Below are positions 1-11,982 of a DNA stretch of 64,000 nucleotides, piece by piece (position 1 is the first letter of the stretch; each line of letters begins with the position of its first letter). The notes beneath the pieces were generated by a model. That model did not search any database. It was not told the DNA's origin and saw only the letters and a list, made by a program, of their open reading frames with translations. Source of the DNA: Octopus vulgaris (Eukaryota); assembly GCA_951406725.2 (NCBI GenBank), contig OX597820.1, positions 54,994,001-55,058,000 of the forward strand, in the 5' to 3' direction. Position numbers and translations under genes: made by a program.

Positions 1-283
1 CAGTCTCTCTTACTGTGTGGAATGTTCCTTTATTCATTGCCTGCTACCAAGCCTAGTATGTGCACTTCTTGTCTTAACTCTCTCTGTATCTTTCCCTCTC
101 ACTTAAAGTGTGACTGTAGAACTCAACCAACCAGTGTTTATATTAGCTATTATTCTATAGAGATTGTTATATCCAAAACAAAATGTCTTTTTTTTTTTCT
201 AGTTACAATGCATCTTTAAAAGAAAAAAAAGATCTTTCAATTATCAATTTTGCTATGCAGAAATAATATCCAAACTTTACCTT

Positions 284-346
284 TCATAGGTCTGCAATCT
301 CATTGACCGGCCCGGTACATGTTGTGATAATACGGTTAATCTCTTC
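284..346 (-). CDS. GnRH: oct-GnRH / corazonin-type precursor, second coding exon (EEINRIITTCTGPVNEIADL*)
   Basis: Acceptor tttacttctttcag|GAA at 347/346, phase 0 and in frame with the previous exon; 20 codons then TGA at 286-284. Completes an 89-aa precursor matching the octopus GnRH precursor C-terminus as I recall it. Not in the ORF track. Confidence 0.95.
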   Translation of the reverse strand, partial: EEINRIITTCTGPVNEIADL

Positions 347-1692
347 CTGAAAGAAGTAAACAATATTGAATGTAAATATGCATGTTAAGCTGGAACAAAC
401 GGGTTTAATTTAAAAACTACTGAGTGAGAATCAAAATTGAGCAGCTAGTAGGAACTCACCAGATATTCACCCAGTACTCACTGTTTATTCTCTTTTATGT
501 ATGTCATTTGTATCTGCAAGCTTACTTGAATTTAAATATGTATATGCAAACATGTAATGCATAAGTGCAAATATGTATATGCAAACACATAGCTTTAACC
601 ACCCAACATATGTGTGCGCTAAAAAGGGGGCCTCTTCTTCATGGTCATTCAAATTGCTAGAAATCTAAATTTTCATCAAATCACACTATATAGTTTTTTA
701 AAAAAGGATGACACATTGTATAATGCAGTCTTAGATACACATGATACCAGAAGAAAATCTTTGATGGAACATTGGTCAGATAATAAAAAAGTTGACTCTG
801 AACATCAACAACAACAACAATTTATAAATATACATTTTTTTCATTCAATTCAATTCTAGTCATATAATAAATTTAATGAAACTAAATTTTATTATTTTAC
901 ACCCAGTTCATCATGTTTCTATATACCTGGGTGGTATCAGTTAATTTTACAGCTGGGTATGTACCTCCCAAATTCCTTTCACCAAAGTATGTGTTGCTGT
1001 TCCTAACCACTCCAGTTTATCTTTACTTTCTTTCCTTTTTATTTTTGACTACTTACCCTCCTGACACCCTTGAACCATATCAGGAGAGACGTAGCTGTTA
1101 CAATCATAGTGAAGGCAACCTGTCTACAATCTTGGTTGTTCTAAGTTGCAAATGAGGGCCCTGAATCCAAGTTAGCATCTGCAGTGCTGTACTGCAATAA
1201 GACACAATGACTTTTTTTTCTTTGATGGGAAGTGTAGGCCTAATATGCTGCCTAACTTATCACCATTCCCTGGCAGAGTTATGTTTAGCTCACATGCACA
1301 ACAAAATGCTTCATAACATTAACAGTTTACACTCAAAGCCGTTTAGTCAATAGTGTAGCACTTAAACTGTACAGCCATTGATTTTTAAACACTTGCTTTA
1401 GAATATAGATTGTTATGTATTATAGATTTTGTATAATAATCTGATAAAATACATATCTGTTAGGCTATACTGAATTTTCAACCAAAATTTGACATTGTAT
1501 ATAAATTAAGTTTTGTTGGTTCTAAAATAAAGCTGTTACAGAAGAAAGTTATCTAAAAATTTGTAACTCCCTGCCTCCCAAACAAATCTTTCAGAGACTA
1601 TCCACATTAGCAAGGTTTTAAAAGCTGTAAAGATATACTGAAATGGACAACAAATGACAAAAAGAAAATTATGAAGGATATGCCGAACTTAC

Positions 1693-1899
1693 ATCTAAAA
1701 TTTTTTCTATCAAAGCCTTTGTTTGTTGTCTGAAGTGACACTGAATGTCTGAGAGTGCACTACGTTTACCTCCGGGGTGCCATCCATTGCTAAAGTGGTA
1801 GTTTTGTGCTTGAGTCTGCAGACACAAAGATAGCAGCAACATGGAGAATATGAAGAAAGCCATTTTTCTGGAGCTGGTTGTTGATGCAATAGCTGACAT
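1693..1899 (-). CDS. GnRH: oct-GnRH / corazonin-type neuropeptide precursor, first coding exon (signal peptide, mature peptide, GKR site, start of associated peptide)
   Basis: ATG at 1899 gives MSAIASTTSSRKMAFFIFSMLLLSLCLQTQA-QNYHFSNGWHPG-G-KR-SALSDIQCHFRQQTKALIEKILD (69 aa). Hydrophobic signal peptide; mature peptide at 1806-1771 is the known octopus GnRH dodecapeptide; amidation Gly plus KR. Ends at phase-0 donor GAT|GTAAGT (1693/1692). Upstream acceptor ctgctgtttatttcag|ATC starts the exon at 1934. Confidence 0.98.
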
Positions 1900-3024
1900 A
1901 ATGATGTTTGCTGGTAGAATTGGATAAGTTAGATCTGAAATAAACAGCAGAAAGCCTGAGAGGAAGTTTTTATGAAATGATGTAAGATAGCAATACATGT
2001 TTTCAAGAGAGAATCTCCGCACTTTGCTGCGGTGATAAATACTGGGAACCGATTTTGGCATGAACTTATTGCTCAGAAGTGTGGTATTATTTATGGTCCC
2101 CTACCTTTTTAAAAAAAAAATTAAAAATCGCACTACTTGGTTGTAGATTGTGTTATGTATATTGAACTCTCAATATTGCACTCTAGATTAAGGCAGTAAA
2201 TTAGTGTAATTATTATTAGTGTAATTATTATATGTAAGAGGCCAGATACATCCAATTTCAACATAAAACATGTAGAATATTTGGGCCAGATATTACTGGT
2301 TTAAATACTAAAGGGTTAAGCTGTTATGTAGTTGGAGATATATTTATCTCCAATAACAGCACCATATTTATCATCATTATCATCTGCTTGTCTAAAATTT
2401 ATAGTCTGTTAGCTGAATGTATTTTACTATAGTTATCATCATCACTGCCACATGCTGATGTTTAGTGTTTATTTAAACTGGAATTATTATTGTACAGATT
2501 TAGTTTTCTTCTGTGTACATGGTGTTGATATGTGAATGGATTATGCAGCTATTCATATATGTATATAACACAAACTACAGATCTCTCTCCCTGATAATAA
2601 ACTACAGATCCCTCTGTAGGAATTTGTTGCTATATATATATATATATATATATATCAGAAATACTAAATTTCTAAATCTCTCGTAGAGACATGTATATAT
2701 ATATATATATAAAAGAGTATGTTGTATATATGTTTTTCTCTATGTGTGTTGGGTATACAAATTGCTATATCTGTGTGCTAGTGGATGCATATTGTTGTAT
2801 ATATGTATTGAAATGTGTACTGTATTTTATATAAATTGTTATATATGTGGTTTAGATATGCACATTGCTGTATGTGTGTGCTGGTGTGTGGCACATGTAT
2901 GAAAGCAATCTCTTGGACAAATGAAATGATCAACAAAGCAAAACAGACACTGCTGTACACATTAACCTTTTGACAGTTGAAAAGTTTTTTTTTGTTTTGT
3001 TTTTATGTTCCTGTTATATGAAAG

Positions 3025-3530
3025 CCAGTGAGTTGGCAGAATCATTAGCATGCCAGATAATATGCTTAGTAGCATTTCGTCTGTCTTTACATTCTGAGTT
3101 CAAATTCCACTAAAGCTGACTTTGCCTTTCATCCTTTCAGGGTTCTTAAAATAAGTACCAGTTGTACACTGGAGTCAATGTAAACAATTGCCCCCCCACC
3201 CCACCGCCGCTACAGTTGCTGCCTTATGCCAAAATTTGAACCCATTATTTTCCTGTCACACACACACACACACACACAACATTGATGTTCATTATTGGTA
3301 GATGAAACTAAAGCTTCACTGCATCAAGTCTGAAACATTCAACGGGCAAAATGCTTAGCAGTATTTCACCCGTTGCTACGTTCTGAGTTCAAATTCCACC
3401 AAGGACAACATTGCCTTTCATCCTTTAGGGGGCCAATAAATTAAGTACCAGTTGAGTACTGGGGTTGATGTGACTGACTGCCCCCTTCCCCACAAAATTC
3501 AGGCCATGTGCCTATAGTAGAAAGAATTAT
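3025..3530 (+). mobile_element. Two tandem copies of tRNA-derived SINE family A
   Basis: Shared ggcagaatcattagca...ttctgagttcaaattcc...ctttgcctttcatcctt...aagtaccagtt with (ATT)n tail. Confidence 0.8.
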
Positions 3531-3549
3531 TATTATTATTATTATTATA

Positions 3550-4150
3550 TCAACCCTTGCATTCTATTGAGGGTTAGTGGTGAGCAAGACTGATGATGTT
3601 GAAAAGACTCTAGGCATCAACGAAGAGAAACTTAACACTTTGTACTGGAAGACCTACAGCCTGAGAAGTGTGGTTGACTTCCATGAATCCCTGGCTTAGC
3701 AGTGCTACGAGGAGAGCATTATCAGGTTGGGGAAAAAACTGTACAGAAATGGAAATACTGTCAGCTGGGCCTGTCTAAGATGTATGCTGAGTAATGAAAC
3801 CACACTGTTTGCACATATTCAGTTCCAAACATTACTGATTTCTGGAGTTATGTCAAACAGTTGCTGTCACATAAAAGACATGGTTCTTAGCTGAGTCTAT
3901 TATGAGGATTACTTTGCCATCTTCCTTTGTCCAAGAAGGATAGGCAGTTTTCTTCTGCTAGTGGTTATAGTAAAAGAGATGTACTGTAAGGTATGATGGA
4001 TATGACCAACAGGTTTGAAGGTAGACGCTTTGCTTTTCAGCCAAGTTCTTAACTTCTTCAAGCTTCATTTGAAGAGGAAGGTAAGGGTTGAGAGGGAGGT
4101 GTCATCTTCCAGAAAATATGCTGGAAAGTAGAAATAGTTGTCTGGGGTTG
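3550..4150 (+). mobile_element. Decayed L1/Tx1-type LINE 3' fragment in GnRH intron 1
   Basis: Broken frame SLA*QCYEE...KLYRNGNTVSWACLRCMLSNETT...AH resembles the zf-RVT CxxC..ET..H zinc knuckle region; stops and frameshifts. Confidence 0.55.
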
Positions 4151-5289
4151 TCAAAGTTATCTGGTATATGTGGGGATTTGTTCCTTTTTTGACCTCAGAT
4201 GGTTGTCCCCTATTGGGACATCTGTTTCATTTTCATATTTTCTACAAAAGTATTACATACTTTTGCTTTCTATGTTGGCTTGATTTCATACAAACATACA
4301 TTTAGTAATTTGTTTCTGTAATATTGCCTTCATCTACTGCGCTTCTGGCAAATAAGAAATAACTTTTATCATCATTATGAAGGGCAAAAACTGTAGACAG
4401 GCTAAATACCATTTAGCAGTCAATTACAGTCCTCCTTGTTCTTAGTTCAAACTTCATTGGATTTGACTTTGATTTTCATCATTGCAAGATTGATGAAATA
4501 AAGTACCAGTAAATTACAAAGTCAGTTGAATTGACTGTACTTTTCCCCAAAATATGTGGTCTTCTATCGAAATTAGAAATTAGTATTATTGAAGTTTGTC
4601 ATTTGTTACAAACAGTAGAGCACCAGATTAAATGCTTTGTAATATTTAGTTTCATCTCTGAATTTTGAATTGAAATTTCCCAATGATTGAATTTATCTTT
4701 TAGGGTCAGTAAAATAAGCATAAGACATAAGCCAAGATTAATACAGCTGATTGACTGTTTACCCTCACCCTAAAAATCCTTGGTTTTTTGCTAGTATTAA
4801 AAATTAATGTTAGGATTAGAAAGTATAATGGAGTATATAAAATAGTATATAAACTAAAATCTTCCAGTATTTAGTTCAAATCCTGCCAGTGTAGGGCCTT
4901 ATTCTTGGGTTGATTTGTAAGTATCAGTAGTATGCTGTGGTGAATTCAGTTGGCTACACAATTTCCCTATAAATACATGGCCTAATGATAATTATATATG
5001 TTATATTATAGACTAAACTGGATACTATTAAACACTTGAGTTGGATTTCAAAAGCGAAAAGTATTGAGCTTGATTCATTAATGCATTTTGTACCATTCTT
5101 CCCTCTGAATAAGATATTGGTGTTCAGAATGTAGTTGTTGTGTGAACTTTAAACAAATAATTTGGTGTGAGAAGATATTTATATATAAATTAGTAAGAGA
5201 GAAAGAACGAGAATTAGAATACAGTAATTAAATCATATAATATCAGCTAAAGAAAATGCAGTGTTATGTAATATCCTTTCTGCAATACG

Positions 5290-5490
5290 CACAAGGCCTG
5301 AAATTTTGTGGAAGGAGGCTGGTTGATTACATCAGCTCCAGCATTCGAACTGGTACTTATTTTATCAACCCTGAAAGGATGAAAGGCAAAGCTGACTTCG
5401 ACAGAATTTGAACTCAGAATCTAAAGGCAGAAGAAATGCTGTTAAGTATTCTGTCAAGTGGGGTAATGTTTCTGCCAGTTTGCCTCCTTA
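5290..5490 (-). mobile_element. SINE family A copy
   Basis: Reverse complement of the family A core (ctggtactta...aaaggatgaaaggcaaag...gaatttgaactcagaa). Confidence 0.8.
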
Positions 5491-5722
5491 TAGTGTGATG
5501 TAATATAATTTTAAAAAATTTTTAGTGGAAGCGTGGATTAGAAAACTCCAAAATACATATAGTATAGAAATAGCCCTCTTGTTTCTCTTTTTTTTAAGAT
5601 AGTTATTGAGAAGGAAAATCTATATGTGAAGTTAACAAATCAAGGTATAAGAGAGAGAGAGATAGAGAGACCATGTAAAAGAAATTTTGTTTTTTTAACA
5701 AAGGAAGATTTTGATATTTTAC

Positions 5723-5779
5723 CTTTAGTGTGGAACTTGAGTTTGTTCTATGTATCAGGTTCAGGACGCTGTTCAGAGT
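5723..5779 (-). other. GnRH: Probable non-coding first exon (5' UTR) of the GnRH/corazonin gene
   Basis: Non-repetitive 57-nt segment between an Inr-like TTCACTCT and a donor AAAG|GTAAAA (5723/5722), just downstream of a TATA-like box. Would splice to the acceptor at 1934 (intron ~3.8 kb). Confidence 0.7.
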
Positions 5780-5890
5780 GAAGGAATCTCCTCAAAGTGG
5801 TTCCTTTAAATAGAGAGATCTTGTCGCATCATCACCATCACTACAAGAACCACCTATTCTTCAGTGCTCCCGCCCAAACTGTTGCATAAA
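5775..5890 (-). promoter_or_regulatory. Putative core promoter of the GnRH/corazonin gene
   Basis: TATTTAAA at 5812-5805, ~33 nt upstream of Inr-like TC(A)CTC (A at 5779); GC box GGGCGG at 5875-5870; C/EBP/PAR-bZIP-like TTGCATAA at 5882-5889. Confidence 0.6.
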
Positions 5891-6474
5891 TCTAGAAACA
5901 AACACTGACAACAACAACATCAACCACAACAACAATAATACTGATGCAGTATAAGCAATAGGTGGTCATGATGACAATGATAATGATGATGATAGAGATG
6001 AGGATGATGTGCAAATGTATTATTTAGCAACAAAGGTGGGAAGGCCATGGAATTGCCCAAACAAATCATTTCTGACATTGTCAACCTGGTGGTGGTGGAG
6101 GTGTCAATGATGCTGCATTTTTGATGATGTAGTGTTGTTGTGATGGTGAAAGAGGTGAGTTAAGGAAAGTGAAAGTTAGTGGATTGGGTGGGTGTGGGGT
6201 CTGAAATTTTTATGTGTCTCTACTGCGTATGTATGTGTATTATGCCTGTATTCACGAATAATTGTTTTTATGTGTGTGTCTTGGTATATGCTTTTATACA
6301 CACACACACACACACACACATATATTTGTATGTATGTCATGTTACTCTTACCATAATTGATATCCATTTGTTTTTTTCCATACATAATGCATAATAGAAC
6401 TATGTAACATGCCTAGGTACATATATATTTGCATGTATAAGCAAATACACATATACACACTTATATAAATAAAG

Positions 6475-6510
<36 letters not shown>

Positions 6511-7072
6511 TACACTTATATAAATAAATACACATACATGTGTGTGTGTGTGTGTGAGTGTATTTTATGTATGTATGTAAACATACACATAAACATACAT
6601 ACAAAAGAGATGGAATTATGTCCCTCCCCACCTTATAGAATTTTTCAGCTCCACCTCCTCATTGTTGGTGATGCAGCATGCTACTGGTTTGTGTCCATGT
6701 GATGAGGATGCAGTCAGAGTGCAGGCGTAGATGCCTGTGGAGAGGTGTGGCAGAACTGTAGCGAGGAAGAAGGAAAAGGAAGATGAGGAGGGAACTTAGT
6801 GCTGTGGGTTGTCTTTATACTCTCTGGCCACTGGTCAGTCACTTGTTCTCGGTACATGCATACACACACACACACACATACACACACAAACAAACACACA
6901 CATTCAGTTATACACCCATTCATTTATAACACCCACTCATTTGATCACACCTTCACATACACATAAACAGACACATGCACACACACATCAATGCATACGT
7001 ACATGCGCACACACACACACACACAGGGCAAGGTAAATATTTATGTACTTGTGAAAATGTAGAAAATTCAAA

Positions 7073-7129
<57 letters not shown>

Positions 7130-7157
7130 CATGTGTGTACACGCCTGCGTGTGTGTG

Positions 7158-7204
<47 letters not shown>

Positions 7205-9104
7205 ATATATATTTATATACACATACATACATGTCATTCAATTATAGTGTAAGTGGTTGTTTACATACACACACACTGACTAACAAACACATTGTTATAT
7301 AAAAGCACACATTTAAAACAACGACACGTACGCATATACAAATATATGTCAATAGTATAATAAATGCATAATCTTTATAAATGCGTGCACACACACGCAC
7401 ACACAAAAAGACATGCATGTATGTTGTAAATGGTTCTGCATCAATTTCAACGATGAATATTTCTTTTGTTTTGATCAACTAAACTAACTAATCTTTGAAT
7501 TAGAATGTAGGTGGCTGTGTACTCCACAGATGCATATACACTTAATTTAACTCTCAGCCAGGATTGGCATGGCAGTGTGTGACAAGGCTGGTCCTTTGAA
7601 TTATAGATTCTGTCCATCCAGTAGGCTTCTATGGTTTGCGTCTACACTTTTTCACTTACAAAGCTTGAGTCGACCCAAGGTGATTGTAGAAAGTACTTTG
7701 CCAAGATGCTGAGTAGTGGGATTGAACCTTGGATCTCATGAATGCAAAGTAGAATTCTTAACTACTTGGATAGTCTACATCCTGTTATACACATTAAACA
7801 AACATATACCTGCATATTGTATATACTAAAAACAACCAAAAAAACACCCTTACAACTACGCGTATGCAAAAATATAAATATACATATATAGTTATCAATA
7901 CATTCATATTGATAGATACATGATCATCACCATCACTGTCATCATTTTAAAGTTTGCTTTTTCCACATTTGCATGGGTTGGATTGAGTTTATTGGGGTGG
8001 ATTTCCTATGGCTGGATGTCCTTCCTATTGTTAGCCCTCACCTGCTTCTAAGTAAGGTAATATTTCCCCTTCCTCCATGGTTAGACATATTTTTGCAGAA
8101 TATTAGAAATGAATGACTCTGCTCATATGAGAGTGAAAAACTGATTCATGACTTACGCAATGCCAAGACAAGGGGACAAACAAGGGGCACACACACACAC
8201 ATGCACACTCAGAGGTTTCTTTTGGTTTCCATCTATCTAATCCACTCACAAAGCTTTAGGTGGCACAGAGTTGTAATAGAAGACACTTGCTTCCAGGGTG
8301 CCATGCAGTGGGATTGAACCATGGCACTGAAGCTATGTGGTTGGGAAGCAACCATATTTACCATGCAACCATGTCTGCACCTATATATATTCATGTCTTA
8401 ATTGATTAGATCAGGCCATTGAATAATAATACATGAAACAAATTCACCCACGTTGTCACAACAGATGTAGCACCCATGAAAACTACACAAAACATATATA
8501 TTGTATGCTACAAAAATAAGTCATAAGCCAGAACAGTGCATGTGTCTCACCAAACTACAAACTCGTAGTTGTATTACAAAACCACATGAATGAAAATTCT
8601 TCTTTTCAACATGAAACCACAAACTAGCAAACCACAGAATGTACCTCAGGAAACAAGTGTCCTGTACAAAATCACGGAATTTGTAAATTTTGTAACTAAG
8701 ACTTCATAACATTGGATACAAATCTTCAACTCTCATCCATTTAACTTGTATTTACAACAAGGAACTTTCACAACTCCTGATAACAGTCATGAAAATACTA
8801 GTTGGCAATCTACAATTTGACAGAATTCTTCAAAAAAGAAAAGAGAAAAAAAAAGATGAATAACTGTGTGAAATTTCCTAAGATTGAATAGTTGTATGAT
8901 GTTTATGTGTATGCATGTGCGTGTGTATATATCATCACCATCATCATTTAACATCCATGTTCCATGCTGGCTTAGGTTGGATTGCTTAACAGGTTCCATT
9001 GGGTCAAAGGACTACATCATACTCCAGTGTCTGCTTTAATATGGTTTTTTTGACTGGATGCCCTTTCTAACATCAACCAATTTATATTGTGTTCTGGGTG
9101 CTTA

Positions 9105-9154
<50 letters not shown>

Positions 9155-9399
9155 TTATATATATAATATAATATAATATAAAGAGAGGAGATTGTCATCC
9201 ATATAATGATGATCATTTCACAGCCTTAGTCATGGAAAAATAATTTATTTTAGTGTATAATAGATAATAAGTATCGTATATGCAGTATTAATATATACAT
9301 TATTTATATATAGCAGTTGTTTGATTTATAAATTAATACGGGTAAAAAAAGCTTGTTCATCAGGTCAAAGAAAATTACGGTTATTTATATATGAATACA

Positions 9400-9788
9400 T
9401 AGTATATATTCTTTTATTTGTTTCAGTAATTTGTCTGTGGCCATGCTGGAACACTGCCTTAATGAGTTTTTTAGTCAAAGAAATTGACCTCCAGCACTTA
9501 TTCTTTGTAAGCCTAGTACTTATTCTCTTGGTAATTTTTGCTGAACTGCTAAGTTACGGGGGACATAAACGCACCAACATCGGTTGTCAAGTGATGGTGG
9601 GGAGACAAGCACAGACACACACATATATGACAAGCTCCTTTCAGTTTCTGTCTACCAATTCCACTCACAAGGCTTTGGTCAGCCCAAGGCTGTAGTAGAA
9701 GACACTTGCCCAAGGTGCCACGCAGTGGGACTGAACATGGAACCATATGGTTGGGAAGCAAGTTTCTCATCACACAGCCATGCCTGCA

Positions 9789-9790
<2 letters not shown>
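9400..9790 (-). mobile_element. tRNA-derived SINE family B copy
   Basis: Reverse complement of gcaggcatggctgtgtg...ttcagtcccactgcgtggcaccttgggcaagtgtcttctacta...gagtggaattggtagacagaaactgaaag. Confidence 0.8.
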
Positions 9791-9823
<33 letters not shown>

Positions 9824-9999
9824 AAATTCAGTCATTCTATAGAGATCCATGTAATGGTGGAGGTGATAAAATTAATCAATTAAAAACTGCTGAATACAGC
9901 ACACCACCATGGCCACTGCCTGAAACTGATATAAAAAATATAAGATAAAGAATTTATTATTATTATTATTATTATTCAGTAGTCTTATTTTTATCAGAT

Positions 10000-10290
10000 G
10001 CTTTCAATGCACTACCAAGTACAGCTGTGTGTGCCTTGGGGATATGCTGTGGTTTGTTGTGGTGCTCTTATTTTCATGTATTGAAAGTGCTTTACGTAGG
10101 ATGTGTGCGGTACCTAGTAGTGCTGTTTTCTGTATGTTATATACATTCATAAGTCCTAATGTTTTTGTTATGTATTTGTCTGAATGTTTTTTTAATCATG
10201 CCTAATGCACCTACTATTATAGGAATTGTTTCTGTTTTTAGGCTCCACATTCAAGTTACTTCTATTTCCAAATCTTTGTATTTTAAGAGT
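10000..10290 (-). mobile_element. R4/NeSL-type (restriction-like endonuclease) LINE 3' fragment
   Basis: Minus strand reads KYKDLEIEVT*MWSLKTETIPIIVGALGMIKK, the typical RLE C-terminal motif; flanked by (ATT)n. Confidence 0.75.
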
Positions 10291-11032
10291 TTTATTATTA
10301 TTATTGTTGTTACTGTTATTATTATTATTGTTGTTATTATTATTATTGTTGTTATTATTTTTTGGTTGGTTTTTGCTTTTTATTTGTACAAGTTGACTCC
10401 AAGTCTCACCCAGAGGCATCAAGAGACAACAAGTTAGAAGTTCAAGTCAGTCTTATGACTAGGGTACCATATTTTTGATTTTGCAAAGAATATTGTTCTT
10501 GAGATTGTCTGTCAAAACATAAGAAAATTAAAATTATTATTATTATTATTATTATCTTGGTTTGGCTCAGATTTGGTCTTATTCCTGGTAGGATTTATGG
10601 GGGTAACAGGTTATTATTATTATAATTATTTCTATTATTATTATTATTATTATTGTTATTGTTGTTGTTGTTGTTATGGCTGGGTTCCAACCTAGGCCAA
10701 AGAATATATGCACATCTGTTTAATGAGTTGGATGTTTTACAAAGATATTTTATTGCACCAATCATAAACACATGCACTGGTTCTGTTTCACTTCTTTGTT
10801 ATTTGCCATTTGGTTGGTTGGTTATTTGACCAACCGACTGAGCAATTGATTGCTTAATTAGACAATTAAATAATCAGTCAGTTGTCTGTCATTTACAACC
10901 TTATCAATGACACGCTCAGTCTCCTCTGAGACTGCTTCAAATCTGTTTGTCTTCGAATTGATACCTATGTTTATGTAGTTGTGTGGTCATGTACTTGAGA
11001 AGGGAAGGGTGGGAGAAAAGGATGTATATTAT

Positions 11033-11220
11033 ACTAGCTTCAGTTGGTTTGATCTCTAATTATTTACTAGTTTCAATTAGTTTGATCTTTGATTGTACAC
11101 TGGTTTGATCTCAGATAGTATATTAGTTTCAATTAGTTTGATCTTTAATTTATTGCTAGTTTCAGTTTGTTTGATCTCTGATTGTATACTAGTTTCAGCT
11201 GCTTTGATCTCCGATTGTGC
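11033..11220. repeat. Degenerate ~33-bp minisatellite (~6 units)
   Basis: Consensus actagtttcarttrgtttgatctytrattgtat; an inverted partial unit at ~11362-11382. Confidence 0.8.
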
Positions 11221-11927
11221 ATATTCAGAACACCCAAATAGTACTTAGCTGGATTTCAATTAGTAACCTTTATTTTCTGTACTAAGGTTAATCACTATTA
11301 TAGATTGGATCCTGTCTGTACTCTGTACTATTTATCTGGGAATAAAACATCTGATGGTGACCAGAGATCAAACTAATTGAAATGTCTAGATGTTAATATA
11401 AAAATAAAAATGTTTTACCTCTAGAGATGAGATTACTGGTTTGAAAAATGATGATCTTATTAACAACAATTTATTCAGATATTTATATCTTTAATGTACT
11501 GATTCACTGTCGATTATTTAAGTTATTAGAAATGTTGCACATGGAATAATGGTCTACTACTTTACTGATTCTACGATATTTTAGGTTGTGCACCAAGAAA
11601 ACCATATAACTACATTATTTAAATCATCTGAAGAACTAAGTAAATTTATATTTGTGTGTATGTGTGTGTGTCTGGGTGTTGTCCAACACTTGCAGGCATG
11701 GGGAACAAGGACATAAAATGGTGACAGTGGTATATTCATGTTAAATCTTCTAATTCATATGTTTTCAGTATATGAATTGTCACAAAGTGCTATGTAAAAT
11801 GCGGCATGGAGTTGTACATTGAAATATACTGGAGAATAACGCAATCTATATGCATTGATATTTAACGTAATATTTATAAACATAGATTGTGTATGGTATA
11901 TGTAAGTGCATAACTGTGCAACACATA

Positions 11928-11982
<55 letters not shown>

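Noticed and set aside
1669-2061. Full 130-aa ORF as the GnRH protein
   Set aside because: The N-terminal 54 aa cross a splice acceptor at 1935 and the VSSAYPS tail is read-through of the GTAAGT donor. The real CDS is 1899-1693 plus 346-284.
11033-11220. CRISPR-like array
   Set aside because: Units are contiguous degenerate tandem copies without unique spacers; eukaryotic context and no cas genes.
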